In this document: positions 24,620 to 36,140 of the stretch, piece after piece
How the letters are laid out: every line of letters starts with the position of its first letter
Position numbering within the stretch: position 1 is the stretch's first letter
Origin: Octopus sinensis
Lineage: Eukaryota
Direction: 5' to 3'
DNA: 64,000 bases
Assembly: GCF_006345805.1 (NCBI RefSeq)
Contig: NW_021832528.1
Span: 210,786-274,785 of the forward strand
Translations under genes and position numbers: made by a program
Notes under the pieces: model-generated
What the model saw: only the letters and a program-made list of their open reading frames with translations
Database searches by the model: none
Told to the model about the DNA's origin: nothing

Positions 24620-25134
24620 CAGTCTAACCTCTTTTTGGGGCAAAAACAGGGGTTTCCCCAGATAGAGGGGTTTTCTAATATTAACGAAAAAAACTAACGT
24701 TTTGTTAATTTAAAACCAAAAGATGTTTATTCTTAATTTCATTTAACAATTTTAGTCTTTACTTGTCGGGAAATAATCCGTTATTTTCGCTCCGAATTGG
24801 TACTTTTGAATTAATCGATCCATTGTCAAATTAATCGATCCAAAACGACCTTGTCGAGAAATGAATGTTTATCACTATTATCGGGTTCTCTGAAGCCCTC
24901 AGAACCTTCACATCCATCAAAATTACATCCATCAAAACAACAGAAACACGTTATTATTAGTTATTATAAAATAAAATTCAAAAATTATAACTAAAAAATA
25001 TATATAATATTAAATGCCCCATAACGGGGTTTTCTTATAAAGAATAAACAGAAAAACTCCTAATAGAAATTCAAATTGCCCCAAAACCCGAGGGTGCCCC
25101 ACGTCCGGGGTCGCCCCAATAAGGGGTTGCACTG
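24620..25134. mobile_element. pogo-type MITE
   Basis: TA-flanked imperfect TIRs CAGTCTAACCTCTTTTTGGGG / CCCCAATAAGGGGTTGCACTG; no ORF. Confidence 0.6.
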
Positions 25135-26141
25135 TATCCAAAAAAAATTTTTAATAGAATTCGGCTTCAATGTTTAAGTTGATGTTTTAGTTAGTTTCTA
25201 AATTAAAAAAATCCACTCTAGATGATTATTAATACAATTGTATAGCGTCAACACTAATGTTTGCGTTTTCGATATTAAAGCTGAAAGAAAACCCTACAAC
25301 ATTGGTAAATAATAATAGCTAATTGATTATTTACAAATGCGGAAAAAAAAATTAATTTCCAGGAATAGTTTGGAAAATATATAAAAATATATTTTCATTT
25401 GATTATAAACGTAATACAAATTGCAAAATACCTTTGGGAGAAAAAATTTCAACCTCTTTAAATTAAGACAATTTGGTCGATCCTTTATACTATAAAGGAC
25501 ACCTTTAGAGAGAGAGACTTATTATTTATATAAATAATGCTCCAATCTATTAAAAAGAAATTTTAAAGGCATACGAGTAGAAAATACATTAAAAAGGTTT
25601 TATGGACCATATTTTTCTCAACTTAATACATGCAAAAATTTTCTTAAATGATGTCAAAATTGATTCAAAGTCTGTTGACACCAATTTCAAAACTAGCATG
25701 GTTTCTTTTGCTGTTCCCGGGGGTTCTGCAACAGATGCTACGTAATTAAATTGAATATTCTATTGTTAAAGATAAATATTTCTCTATCAAATTAGATTTA
25801 TAAAATGTCATAATAGTCAAAATAGATATAAAAATAGCAAAATTGAACTAAAATGGGATGTAAAAGATACGGCTCACAGACGATCTAATATGCCCAGAGA
25901 AATAAGTTTAAAAGTATATTTAAAATTTAATAAATTTAAAAATTTCTCTAATCAAATAGAAAATTCGACGAAAGTACAAAACTCACCATGCTCAAGAATA
26001 CAATAACTGAAAAAATGAGAAAGGATAAGCACTACTTTACGTTTGCAGAATCAATCTTCTTTTTCCAAATTTCGATGTGACAGTGAGGCAGCTGTCAAAA
26101 CTAGACTTGGCATTTTGGTGGATATTACAGATCATCTAAAT

Positions 26142-26880
26142 CAGCGGTTCTCAAATGCGGCCCGCAGGATTTTTTTTGCGGCCCCTCTAGAGTAACTAAC
26201 TTTTTTAATTTTTTAATAATGTTAAAATTTAATTATTTATTCTTAAGGTTAAAATAAACTTTAAATAAACTATTTTAGCGTGGCATTTTTTATTCTTCAC
26301 TGCATAATTCACCAGGAAAATCATATCGCCAAGTCAATTAAAATGGAACATGTTTCCAAAAAAGTCGTTAATATTGTTAATTGGATACGCTCAAAAGCGC
26401 TCAATCACCGATTTTAAATCTTTTTTGGAAGAGTTGATGCTGAGTATGAGATGTTATTCTTCATACTGAAGTGAGGTGGTTAAGTCGTTCGAAATGCCTT
26501 AATAGGTACAGTATATAATTTTATTAAAGGTTCTATAAATTGTTTCCAGAAATTAAGGAGTTTACCAAAGACAAAGTAATTTTCGATGATCTTTAAGATG
26601 AAAGATGGATTGCCGATTTGGTTTTTTATGTTGATTTAAGCACGCATTTGTCGGATCTCAATGTTGAATTACAAGGAAAAGGCAAACTCTGTTATCAGTT
26701 ATATGGATATATTTCTTCGTTTATCGAAAAATTATATTTATGGATGACTTCCCTTAAAGAGGGAGATACATCTCATTTTTATTCACTATCTGAAAACAAC
26801 GAAGGCGCTGCTTATGAAAAATACATATCCATAATTGGTGATTAATTAATCAATTTGAAGCACGTGGGGTACATTTATAT
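26142..26880 (+). mobile_element. hAT (Buster/Charlie) element fragment
   Basis: CAGCGGTTCTCAAA..CGGCCCGC terminus; VNWIRSKALNHR...HTEVRWLSR; FYVDLSTHLSDLNVELQGK. Confidence 0.85.
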
Positions 26881-26901
26881 AAATTTAATTTTTAGAATTT
26901 T

Positions 26902-27153
26902 ATGTCATGGATTGAAATGATGGAAACCAGAAGAGCAATTCTTAATGATTCGATTATTCTTACAAAGGCTGAAGACTTTGCGAAGAAACGTCAAATAACT
27001 GAGTTTAAAGCCAGTCGTCGATGGCTTGAAAAATTTAAAAGAAGACATGGGTTAAAATTGAAGAAACTTTATGGAGAATCTTCTACAGAGAATTCTCAAA
27101 TTCTGAAAGAAGAGGAAATTATTGGATACCATTTCATGTTCCTCACAAAATAG
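26902..27153 (+). mobile_element. pogo transposase CENP-B-like HTH remnant
   Basis: KAEDFA...FKASRRWLEKFKRRHG...GES. Confidence 0.8.
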
Positions 27154-27309
27154 TGGAATTGGTCACAAAAAACAAAGGATTAGCCATTAAACTAATACAG
27201 GAAGACACAAATGCAATCATTGTCACATCCAACGGTAATACGAACGAACAGATTTATTGACTTAGCAACCGAAAGAGAAGAGTTATATGAAAAGGTTTTA
27301 TTAAAATCG

Positions 27310-28850
27310 AGACACCAAAAGCCTCCTCCTTGCTTTCCTTTTCACTTCTCATGCCCTTTGCAATGAGCAGAGGACTTGCCGAATGTTTTGAGTTTGTTCG
27401 TCTAGCTCAGGGGTCGGCAAATACTTTTGGAGAAGAGCCAATTTTGAACATTTTTGGAAATTTCGAAAAATTGAAGAGCCACTTTTTACCACTTGTCAAA
27501 AATTTAAATTCATAAAATTAAATAAACATTAATTTAAAAAATAATTAAGAATTCATTTTAAAAAATTAAATTAATTAGACGCATTATGAGAAATGTGATT
27601 CCTCATTTCTTTGGAGACTTCTTATGCAATTTTTTTAATTCATAATAAGAATCTGGAAGAGAATTCCAAGTTTCGAGAATCACATCTTCAAGTTTCTTTT
27701 GTATAACATTAATATCATTTTTAATTTTACCAGACAATGTTTCTGTTTCAAGGTTTCAAGTAATTCTGAAAGACGAATAAATTTTGATGCCCATAATTCC
27801 TTACATGTCAAGTCCAATAGCTGCATTTTGAACTCAGCTGCGTTGATTTCAAATGGCAATAAATTTAAATTGCTGACTTTAGCACGTAGAGGGTTTATAA
27901 CGAACCATAGTGTTGCTTTTTTTTTCCTAAAATCCTTAAACCTTTTTATATTTAAACATTCATTTTTAACTGTCATTGAAAGATTCCTTCATATACAAAA
28001 GAGCATTTTTAAAATAAGTTTTATTTATAGTTCGATCATTTTCTTTCAAATATTGGCGTAATTTAGGAAGGTGTAAAATATTTTGTTCTATATCCTCTTT
28101 AAACAGAATTAATTTTTTTCAAATAATATCACTTCCTCATACATGAAAAATGCAATATTTCCACTCCTTTGCAATTTTGAATAAAGTTTGTTTAATTCTG
28201 ATGTTATGTCAACCATAAAATAGAATTTCTGCAGCCATTGGTCATCACTTAATTCGTCATAATGAATTTTTTTTCTCATAGTTAAAAATTGAAATCATTT
28301 ATTAAAAAAATAGTTAAAAATTGAAAGAGCCTACCGTAAGAGTTAAAGAGCCTTCAAAGGCTCGCGAGCCTGCTTTTGCCGACCCCTGGTCTAGCTCTCT
28401 GGGGAGATCCTGATCAAGCCGTAGCTTATACGCCAGTTTAATCGTAAAGCGCCTTGTTTTCTCCAGTTTGGTGATTATGCGATTTCTCTCGTCTGTAGGG
28501 TACCAACCTTCATGTCCATAGATAAGGACTGGTTCTACAGTCGCCTTATAGATGAAGAGAAAGGTGTCTGGGGAGAGATGGAAGCGTATAAGGCTTCTCA
28601 GGATCCCGGAACATTTCCTTCTTCTAGATTCCACGAACTTAAGGAACGATCCGTCAGCCCCGATCGTTACCCCAAGGTAGCGTAGGTCGTCAGAGATTCT
28701 TAGTCCCATTGTCTCCAGAAGTGGTTCTCTTCCTTTCCGAGTTTTAGAAATCCACGTGATGGTGGACTTGTCTCGTGCTATAGAGAGGGCTTTCTCCATT
28801 GCCCAAATTAAAAGATTCAGTAGGAGAAGGAGAGTACCAACAAATACAAA
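27310..28850 (-). mobile_element. 5'-truncated APE-type LINE (CR1/L2- or I-like) RT C-terminal fragment, interrupted by a hAT element
   Basis: LNLLIWAM...KS...LRYLGVTI...IYKATVEPVLIYG...W...LEKTRRFTIKL. The reading frame resumes across the hAT TSD (ELD|EQTQ). Confidence 0.8.
27408..28388 (-). mobile_element. Non-autonomous hAT element with perfect 8-bp TSD
   Basis: TIRs CAGGGGTCGGCAAA at both ends; TSD GTCTAGCT at 27400-27407 and 28389-28396; internal transposase C-terminal remnant on the minus strand. Confidence 0.92.
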
Positions 28851-28859
28851 AGGTACAAT

Positions 28860-29713
28860 GCTTAAAAGAGGGGGAGGAGAACAAACCACGAACTATACCT
28901 CTTGGTGAATTTCTTAAACCGAATCCAGAGGATTGGGATAATCCAGATTATCAGAAAATTTACATGAGTGGAGGACCCATTTTGCTAAATATGAGTGTCA
29001 AAATGGAAGTGGGTACATTTGCACGAGAATATAGACCCTTTATGGTCGAATTAAGATATAAGTACACCAGAAATGAACGCGCAATAATCAACACCTTAAA
29101 TCGAATGGTTGATTTCAACCAAGATTTAGTGACATCAAGCCTGGCTATATTCCTTATGAACTATACCTTTGACACAAAGGCAAAGTTCGGTGATGTGGAA
29201 ATTACTTAAGAGTATCAGGATATAAAAGGTTTTTCCCTTATTGGAAATGGTTTTAAAATAAGGACAGCATCGATGGCTATGAATTACGGAGAATCAGGCG
29301 TTGAAGGCGGGAGAGCATCCGTGGAAGAATGGAGAGCTGCTTTAATGAAAGCGCTAGCTCCCGTCAGATTCGCACATGCGGCAGAAAGAAACCCTGACGC
29401 TGTGGACCCACTAACAGATAGATATCATTCAGTTATGCGTAGCCTTGATCCAACGTATCAACCAGAGAGATCTCTTGTGTTAAAGATGTATCAAAAATAT
29501 ATCCCAGATCGAGAACTAGACAAGCTGTGTTGCTTGCTCGATAAGATGTTATATACATGCCAAGATGACCCAATGTCAGGATTGAGATTCTGTACGATTC
29601 CAACGGTAATAAAGTATCCGAAACGTTTATATACTTCTGTTCATTATTTCATGTATCCGACTCAATACTACCGCAAATATGATTGGGGTCCCTCATATTA
29701 TCAGAATAACTAA
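28860..29713 (+). CDS. Orphan intronless gene (~285 codons, one internal TAA at 29207-29209), probably virus-derived
   Basis: ORFs 28799-29209 and 29273-29713 share one frame with coding-like sequence between them. TGAAAAAAA follows at 29866-29874. Its 3' end is fused to an L EVE at ~32.5 kb. Confidence 0.55.
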
Positions 29714-29865
29714 TTGCGTTTTTTATTCATTGTCCTTTGTTTCTTATTTAGTCTCATTTAGTGAAATTATTTGTTCTATTATTTAGCAGAGAACTGTGTC
29801 TTCATTTGTATTCTAAACATAAATGTTCATATGGTGCTGTTTGTTCTCAGTGATGTATTAACTTC

Positions 29866-29874
29866 TGAAAAAAA
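29866..29874 (+). terminator. Possible rhabdoviral gene-end/polyadenylation signal TG(A)7
   Basis: Exactly seven A after TG, ~150 nt downstream of the orphan stop codon. The motif also occurs by chance in AT-rich DNA. Confidence 0.35.
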
Positions 29875-30279
29875 TTATTCAAATTAAAATTTATTGAATT
29901 TTTTTTCTCCCGGTCAACACCTCAACAATATTGCAGTCGATGGATAAAATAATAATGCGTTCCTTTATAACTAAATTCGATAAATTCAAATTTAATGAAA
30001 TTCTTCAGAAAATTGAATGCGGATATGGCATTCATGAATCATACAAAAATTTAACACTTAAAGATAGAGTTTTATTTACCTACTAAATTTGGCGAATAAA
30101 CGGGGTTTGACTGTATTTATTTTTAAAAACGAATAATAAAATCTTTAATTTCAGTCCTCCAAACAGGAATTCATCTTATTTTAAAAGAATGAATAAAAAG
30201 CGTAGTTCGCGAAATAGAAAATTCATTGCCTCAAATAATGAAATAAAGGCAAAATGCATAATTTTCCATATAATTTTGT

Positions 30280-31442
30280 GAAGGGATTAGGCGGAATAAA
30301 TCCTCGGTGATGGATTCCACAGAGCCGCCAATGGTCGCTTCGTCCAGGCACCATAAATTGAATGGTGAGAGGATTGATCGTACAGCCTCGTCGATTGCTA
30401 AGGCGAATATAAATTTATTCTTAGGAATATATTTTTCTTTCCACCATTAGAAGCAACCTTTCTTGGATGCCCTCTAAGCCCATCTGGCGAAGAAGGACAT
30501 GATATTCTATAACCTCACAAGCAGACTCTTAGAGTTAGACTCGACATCGCTTTTTTCCTCATGAAAAGCAGTATACATATGCCGAAACTTCTGTACACGC
30601 ACCGCTGCCTGCTATGCTATACTCGCATTCAGACATTCTGTCTTCCTTGGAAAAATCATTGAAATCCTGCACGGAAGCAGTTTTGAATTCAATTTTCATG
30701 CTCGAACAAATCCCTTTTCTCTTCCATCAAAGAAAATATAAATAAGTTCATGAAAGAATCTTTCATTCTGCCTTCTCTTACGGGCAAGTCCAATAAAACA
30801 ACTTCATCCATTCCTAAAAACAACAACCCCATTCGGTTACGCAAACGTATCAACTCCTGCTTAATGGCGCACGACGTCGGTTCTGCGGTCCGCATTCTTT
30901 CATCTTCCGATTCCGTCCGCACCATTACTCCGGATGTAGTCAAAATTCTCAGCTCTAAGCACCCGACTGGCAATGTGCCTAATTTTTGTGCCCAAACTCC
31001 AGAAGGGGTCTCGATTGCTTCTTCGTCTGTCCAGCAACTTTTGTTTGCCTTGAAATCTTTCAGAGGCAATAGTAGTGGTGGTGTTGACGGTCTCCGTCCC
31101 ATTCACTTAATCGACCTCATTTCCGATACTGCCGAGGCCGGAAACTGTCTTTCACATTCTATCACCAAGCTATGTAACTTATTCCTCTGCGGGGATATAT
31201 CTGAACATGCTAGATTGCTTTTCTTCTCTGCGAACAATTTCCAGAAGCCGTCAACTTGTCCGTCAACGAACTCTCTCTGGAGTTGCCGACTGCCGACCTC
31301 CTGGATTTCTGGACCAATTCCAACCTTCATATCCCTTCTGAGATGTCCAGACAGAAGGATTGGGACGAGATCTGGGCAGTTTAATTTTATCCAAAAAAAG
31401 TTTAATTTTGTGAAACAATTCACTGAAACCTTCTCAACTTAG
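30280..31442 (+). mobile_element. Rearranged CRE-clade RT fragments
   Basis: 30750-31442: AVRILSS...KHP...ALKSF...SSGGVDGLRPIHL..L...TKLCNL. 30450-30740: thumb region (FLGCPL, MPKLLY). 30280-30400 minus strand: WCLDEATIGG. Confidence 0.85.
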
Positions 31443-31959
31443 GCGTCAAAAAGAGTCTGTAGACCCAGAAAATTGTGGCCTACATGAATATTTTAAACTT
31501 TAATAATTACAATGAATGACAACAATAAAAATAAACGAAAAAATACCAAAAAAGATCAAAATACTAAAAAAAGTCAAAATAAACAAAAATATACTAAAAA
31601 TAATAATTTTAATTTTAAAATCGAAATGAATGAAGATTAAATAATTGATAGAATGAGTATAAATAAACTTGCAAAATAAACTTTATTAAAGATATTTTAC
31701 CAGTAATCAGTTTAATTAATCTTCAAACAAATAAAAAAACGAAAAATTTTAAAAATAAAACATTGATAGCAAAGTAAAATTAAATAAAAATTAACAGCAC
31801 AAACACACAACACAAGAAAATAATATAACGTGGACTTGATGTAATTAATTTATTGTATTTAATTCGATAAATCAAGAACATTTAAAAAATAAAATAAATA
31901 ACATTTAATTTCACCGCCTATTAGATGAACCACGCAGTTGAATGGACCAAAAAACACAC

Positions 31960-32330
31960 AACACAATTATTATTATTATTATTTAAAGACCAAACACGGG
32001 CAAAGCCAGTTAATTATAGTTATTCCCGTGATCGCCGATCCAAACGAGGGAGATCCTTCTGAAAGGTTCAATCCTTCCGATCGGTTTGAGACGACGATGT
32101 CCCAGGGTCTGAGAAGCTAAGAGTCCTTTTTCGGTAGGCATTAAGTGCCTCCTGAGCGTTGCCATATCCGAAGGAATTTCCAACTGACATGGTGGACCCC
32201 GTAACGCCACGCTAAGACCGGAAGGTAAGAGATCCCCATTTCCAACTGTGTCGTGCCAGAAGTACTCGTTGCCTCACGGGCAGGGGAACGATAACGAGAA
32301 TTAGCCCCAGGATGAAAATAATATAACGTA
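31960..32330 (-). mobile_element. LINE 3' end (CR1/L2-like) with (TAA)n tail
   Basis: LRGPPCQLEIP..TLRRH resembles the RGH..KL...R 3' motif; TAA-repeat tail at ~31965-31982. Confidence 0.55.
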
Positions 32331-32497
32331 GAAGACACAGTTCTCTGCTATATATGAACATTTATGTTTAGGATACAAATGAAGACACAGTTCTCTGCTA
32401 AATATAAGAAACAAGGGACAATGAATAAAAAATGCAATTAGTTATTCTGATAATATGAGGGACCTCAATCATATTTGCGGTAGTATTGACTCGGATA
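32330..32497 (-). repeat. Inverted copy of the last codons and 3' UTR of the orphan gene (29653-29830)
   Basis: YPSQYYRKYD*GPSYYQNN* vs YPTQYYRKYDWGPSYYQNN*, with a shared UTR; 20-nt internal direct repeat gaagacacagttctctgcta. Confidence 0.95.
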
Positions 32498-33845
32498 TTC
32501 CATTTGCAGCAAAGTGTTGAAAATTGTAGGGCATCCATACTTTCTGATGACCAAGGCCGTCATTCCACCACTTCCATCACCAACGACGATAGATCCGTGG
32601 ACTTTGTGTTTTATTATCTTAAACAGACATTTATTTTATAATAAGCCCCTGTAGACCATTTAGCCAACCTCAGTGAGCTGATTAATGGGCAGTCAACCGC
32701 CTCAATTGTTTTTGGTTAGCGGGCATTGAGTCCCCAAATCCCTTTATCTTCACAAATCTACAATATCCTTCATACTCGTTGTATTTATATGTGTCAGAGT
32801 GTGGATGAATATCAGTTAACTTTCCGATTGATCGCAATGCATGACATACTTCACTCTCACAAAGTGCATAATCAATCACTCTTTTTCCAAAAGTTGGAGT
32901 CTGCATTTCATAAAATGTATCCATTTCATAAAATGTATCCATATGGTTATTAAGGTCATGTCTTCACTTTTTTTGTTAGTTCCTTTAACTCTTTAGTGAA
33001 TCTTCTCTTGTACTTAATTTGTATGGATCGGAAGTTGTTAAATAACGACATGATATTTTCTGCATAGCCATGAATTGTGCTTGAGTAATACTCTGATAGG
33101 AAACGAGGGAAACATGGTTGAATAGATCTCATATGGTCAAAAAAGTCGCTTTTGTTTTCAAAATGTACTGTGAGAATATCCTTTACAGCTTCGTTGTTAA
33201 TGTGATCATATGTCTCTTTCATTCTATTGTTATTCAGCCTGTGTTTGTAGAGGAGGATAAATTGAGTCCAGAATGGTTCTCAATTAGACTCGGGAAGCTG
33301 TTTATGGTGTTTCTCCCAAGAACTGGGCTACATGCGATCCTGGCCATGAGTCTTATTCTTTCACATTTGGTGTTGTTGTGTATGAAGCTCCAGAAGGACA
33401 GACTCTGTGATTGGGTCTGGGAATTGTCTTATCAAGAATCTACATAGATTTGTGCCTCCTGCTCCGCCAAGAGATGAATCGAGGAATAATACAAGTGTCC
33501 TGATTTTATCAGCTGACAATTTAAAAGAGTTTTTTGACTCAATTGCCTCAAATAATGGTCCATAAGATAATGGATCATAGCTCAAAAATTCATCAATGAT
33601 TGGAACGCCAGACAAAACATATGAAAATATATTTGGAAGCATAGCGTCGGAGCACTGGCACAGGGTCAATGAACTGGTCCCCACTAATGACAATGCATTC
33701 TTTATCGAAGGCAATAGTGAATTGTCTATAGAGGTCTCCCTGGTTTTCTTCTTTATATCACATGGGATCATCAACCCATTCATCATAGGGACTTTCCCAT
33801 ATACAGTGCCTGACAAAAAATGGATTTGTAATAAATCGACTTTTT
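32497..33845 (-). other. Endogenous rhabdovirus-like element: L RdRp C-half joined by an internal deletion to connector and MTase
   Basis: YGKVPMMNG ~ VSV YGKIPIFRG; LFLDSSLGGAGGTNLCRFLIRQFPDPITES ~ [42 protein letters not shown] ~ INPLFPRFLSEF; LCESEVCHA ~ LCPEEIRHA; STGAYYKIK...VGDGSGGMTA...IFNTLL ~ PTGAHYKIR...CGDGSGGMTA...IFNSLL. Confidence 0.95.
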
Positions 33846-34259
33846 TTTAATAAATTATAATTTAATTTTCTTACATCATTCTTGGCAAAATTAGAATTAT
33901 TTTTTTAATTTTTAAAATTATTTTTGGCTTTTAGAATTTAATTTTAAAGCAGAATTTAAAATTTGCCGGACAAAAAAATTGGATTTTTTTATTTTAATGA
34001 AACAAATTAAAATTTAATAAGTCAAAATCGCTCCACGTGCTTCATAAACTTCCAAACTTCTTTTTTTCATTGACATAACTAAATTTTCTAGGTATTTTTT
34101 CGGTATTGACTCCCATATCACAACTAATTTTGTCTCTAAATCCTTCAAGTTTTTCGGCGGTTTTTGCAATAAAATATAAATGAATTGGTGACAGATTAAT
34201 CCAATAACTCAAATAATAATATTTTTTATATTTCTATTTAACCCAAGAATCACCAACAG

Positions 34260-34860
34260 TTAACTAGGGTAATTAATTAGGTGATTCCAACAATCCTCAA
34301 AATCTTTCTCAGCTTTTCCCGATGTTGGACTCTGGACCCAACGCAGGTGCGGGACGGGCGGGGAGCAGTTTTTGTGAGGAATTGAATCGGGGTGATGTGC
34401 TCTGGTTGTTAAGGTCTTTTGGCAGGTATAAATGCGTGAGTTTGATTTTTTTGGTTTATTCTTTATATAATATAAGTTTATCTTTAGATGATTCTTGTGG
34501 CTGATTCCGGCGTAGAATTTCATGAGTTTACTCAATTCAGGTTGACTTTTCTGTTCGGAGTCTGTGCAATAGTTGGCGGGTCTGAACTTTTTGAGACTGT
34601 TTCACATGCGTTGGGTAAATTTTTCCTTTCCAAGCGTTTTGATTTGTTTTTCCCATCTTCTTCTTTGGGATGCCCTCAGTTTTTTAATGATTGTATCATT
34701 TAGTTTCTTTATTTCTTTTCTTCCTCCGGGAATAGAAATTAGATTCTTTTTAAGAAAGTTTCTTTTCCTGATAAGGATTTTTGTCTCCTGGTCGAGATTT
34801 TATTCGAAGTGATGGTAAGTGCATTTTGGGATGAATAGTTTTCTACCCAGCATTTTTTAT
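34260..34860 (-). mobile_element. Decayed LINE endonuclease-RT linker region
   Basis: Basic linker KKLNDTIIKKLRASQRRRWEKQIKTL...KFYAGIS. Confidence 0.5.
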
Positions 34861-35487
34861 TTTAGAACGTGTGCTTTTTGAGTATTCTTGTCTTCAAACG
34901 TTTGTGCTTTTTGAGTTTATATTTTACGTCGAAATTAAGGACATAAGTTTCTCCCTCTACGTTTTTGAAACCGACAATTTTCTTACTTTCAGGAATTAAA
35001 GAAACTCTTCCATAATTAGGCTGTTTTCTTCTCTAAAAAGCCCATAATCAGTCGAAGTATTGGCAAAATCGGGTTCTTCAAAAACTTTTCGAGACTCCCC
35101 TTCATTGTCTAAGAAGCAAAACACTCAAAAACCGTGGGTTGCCAAGCCTGTTTTTAAACCCAAACAAACTCCTCTACGGACGCGTTTTTTTGTCTTCAAC
35201 ACTCTATTTCCCACCAATTTTGAATCATCTTTCAACTGTGGGCTGAGAAAAACTACCTTTTTATAAAAATTAAATTTTGGATTAGAAACGAACGTAGTAG
35301 GTGACCGATGATGATGACACGGCCAGATACCAATTTGATAGTCAACCCTATAATAAGTCAATATGTGCAGTGAGTTATGAAAAACAAGCAGAAAAGAATA
35401 TTGTCAGGCTTTCCAATTTTGGTTGTGTAGCCGGTGTATTGTCCTTTTTTGATTGCACTTCTTTGTATTTATTTCAGCTATCTAGAG

Positions 35488-36140
35488 CAGGAATGTCAAA
35501 CTCATTTCGTTTCGAGGGCCGCATTTATAATAATTTCTCATTTAAGAGAAACTAATTAAATCCGATCTCAAAAATAAAATCTTTTAACAACTTTGTGAAG
35601 TGATAACCAGCGGACTGGAATATAAAAAGGAATGTTGCTGAACTAATAATTAATATCTGTAAGCACTTTACTAAACTGCCGGTGGTTGAGAGGATGCCCT
35701 CTGATCATATTCAAAGAGAATTTGTAGTAGTTTTATAAAAATATCTTTACTTGTATCAGTTCGAGAAATTCTTCATAAATATTAAAATCTGAATTACAGG
35801 CTCTAAAAAATATTGATAATTGTGCAATTTGCGCATTGGGCTTCTTGGTTAATACCTTCGAAATAATTGTATGATTAGATTGATAGTGCCTCTTTAGGTT
35901 GTATTCTTTCTTGAAACACTCTCCGTTCATCTTTCAAGCACAGTTTTTTTTTATTCCAAAAGAAGCACGTGATATTGACAAACACGATTAAAAATACAAT
36001 TAAAAATTGTAATTAAATGTAAAAAAATAAAAAATAATTTTTTATATTTTATAGCCATAAATCAGACCGCACTTATGTTTGCCATAGTACGCTGAGGGCC
36101 GCACCTATGTCTTCCGACGGCCGCATGTTTGACACCCCTG
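35488..36140 (-). mobile_element. Non-autonomous hAT (Charlie/Buster) element
   Basis: TIRs CAGGAATGTCAAAC / GTTTGACACCCCTG; flanks atctagag / atctagtt; KEYNLKRHYQSNH BED remnant. Confidence 0.85.

Noticed and set aside
35000-35480. Coding-like GC-richer stretch as another EVE
   Set aside because: No recognisable viral or TE motif in any frame.
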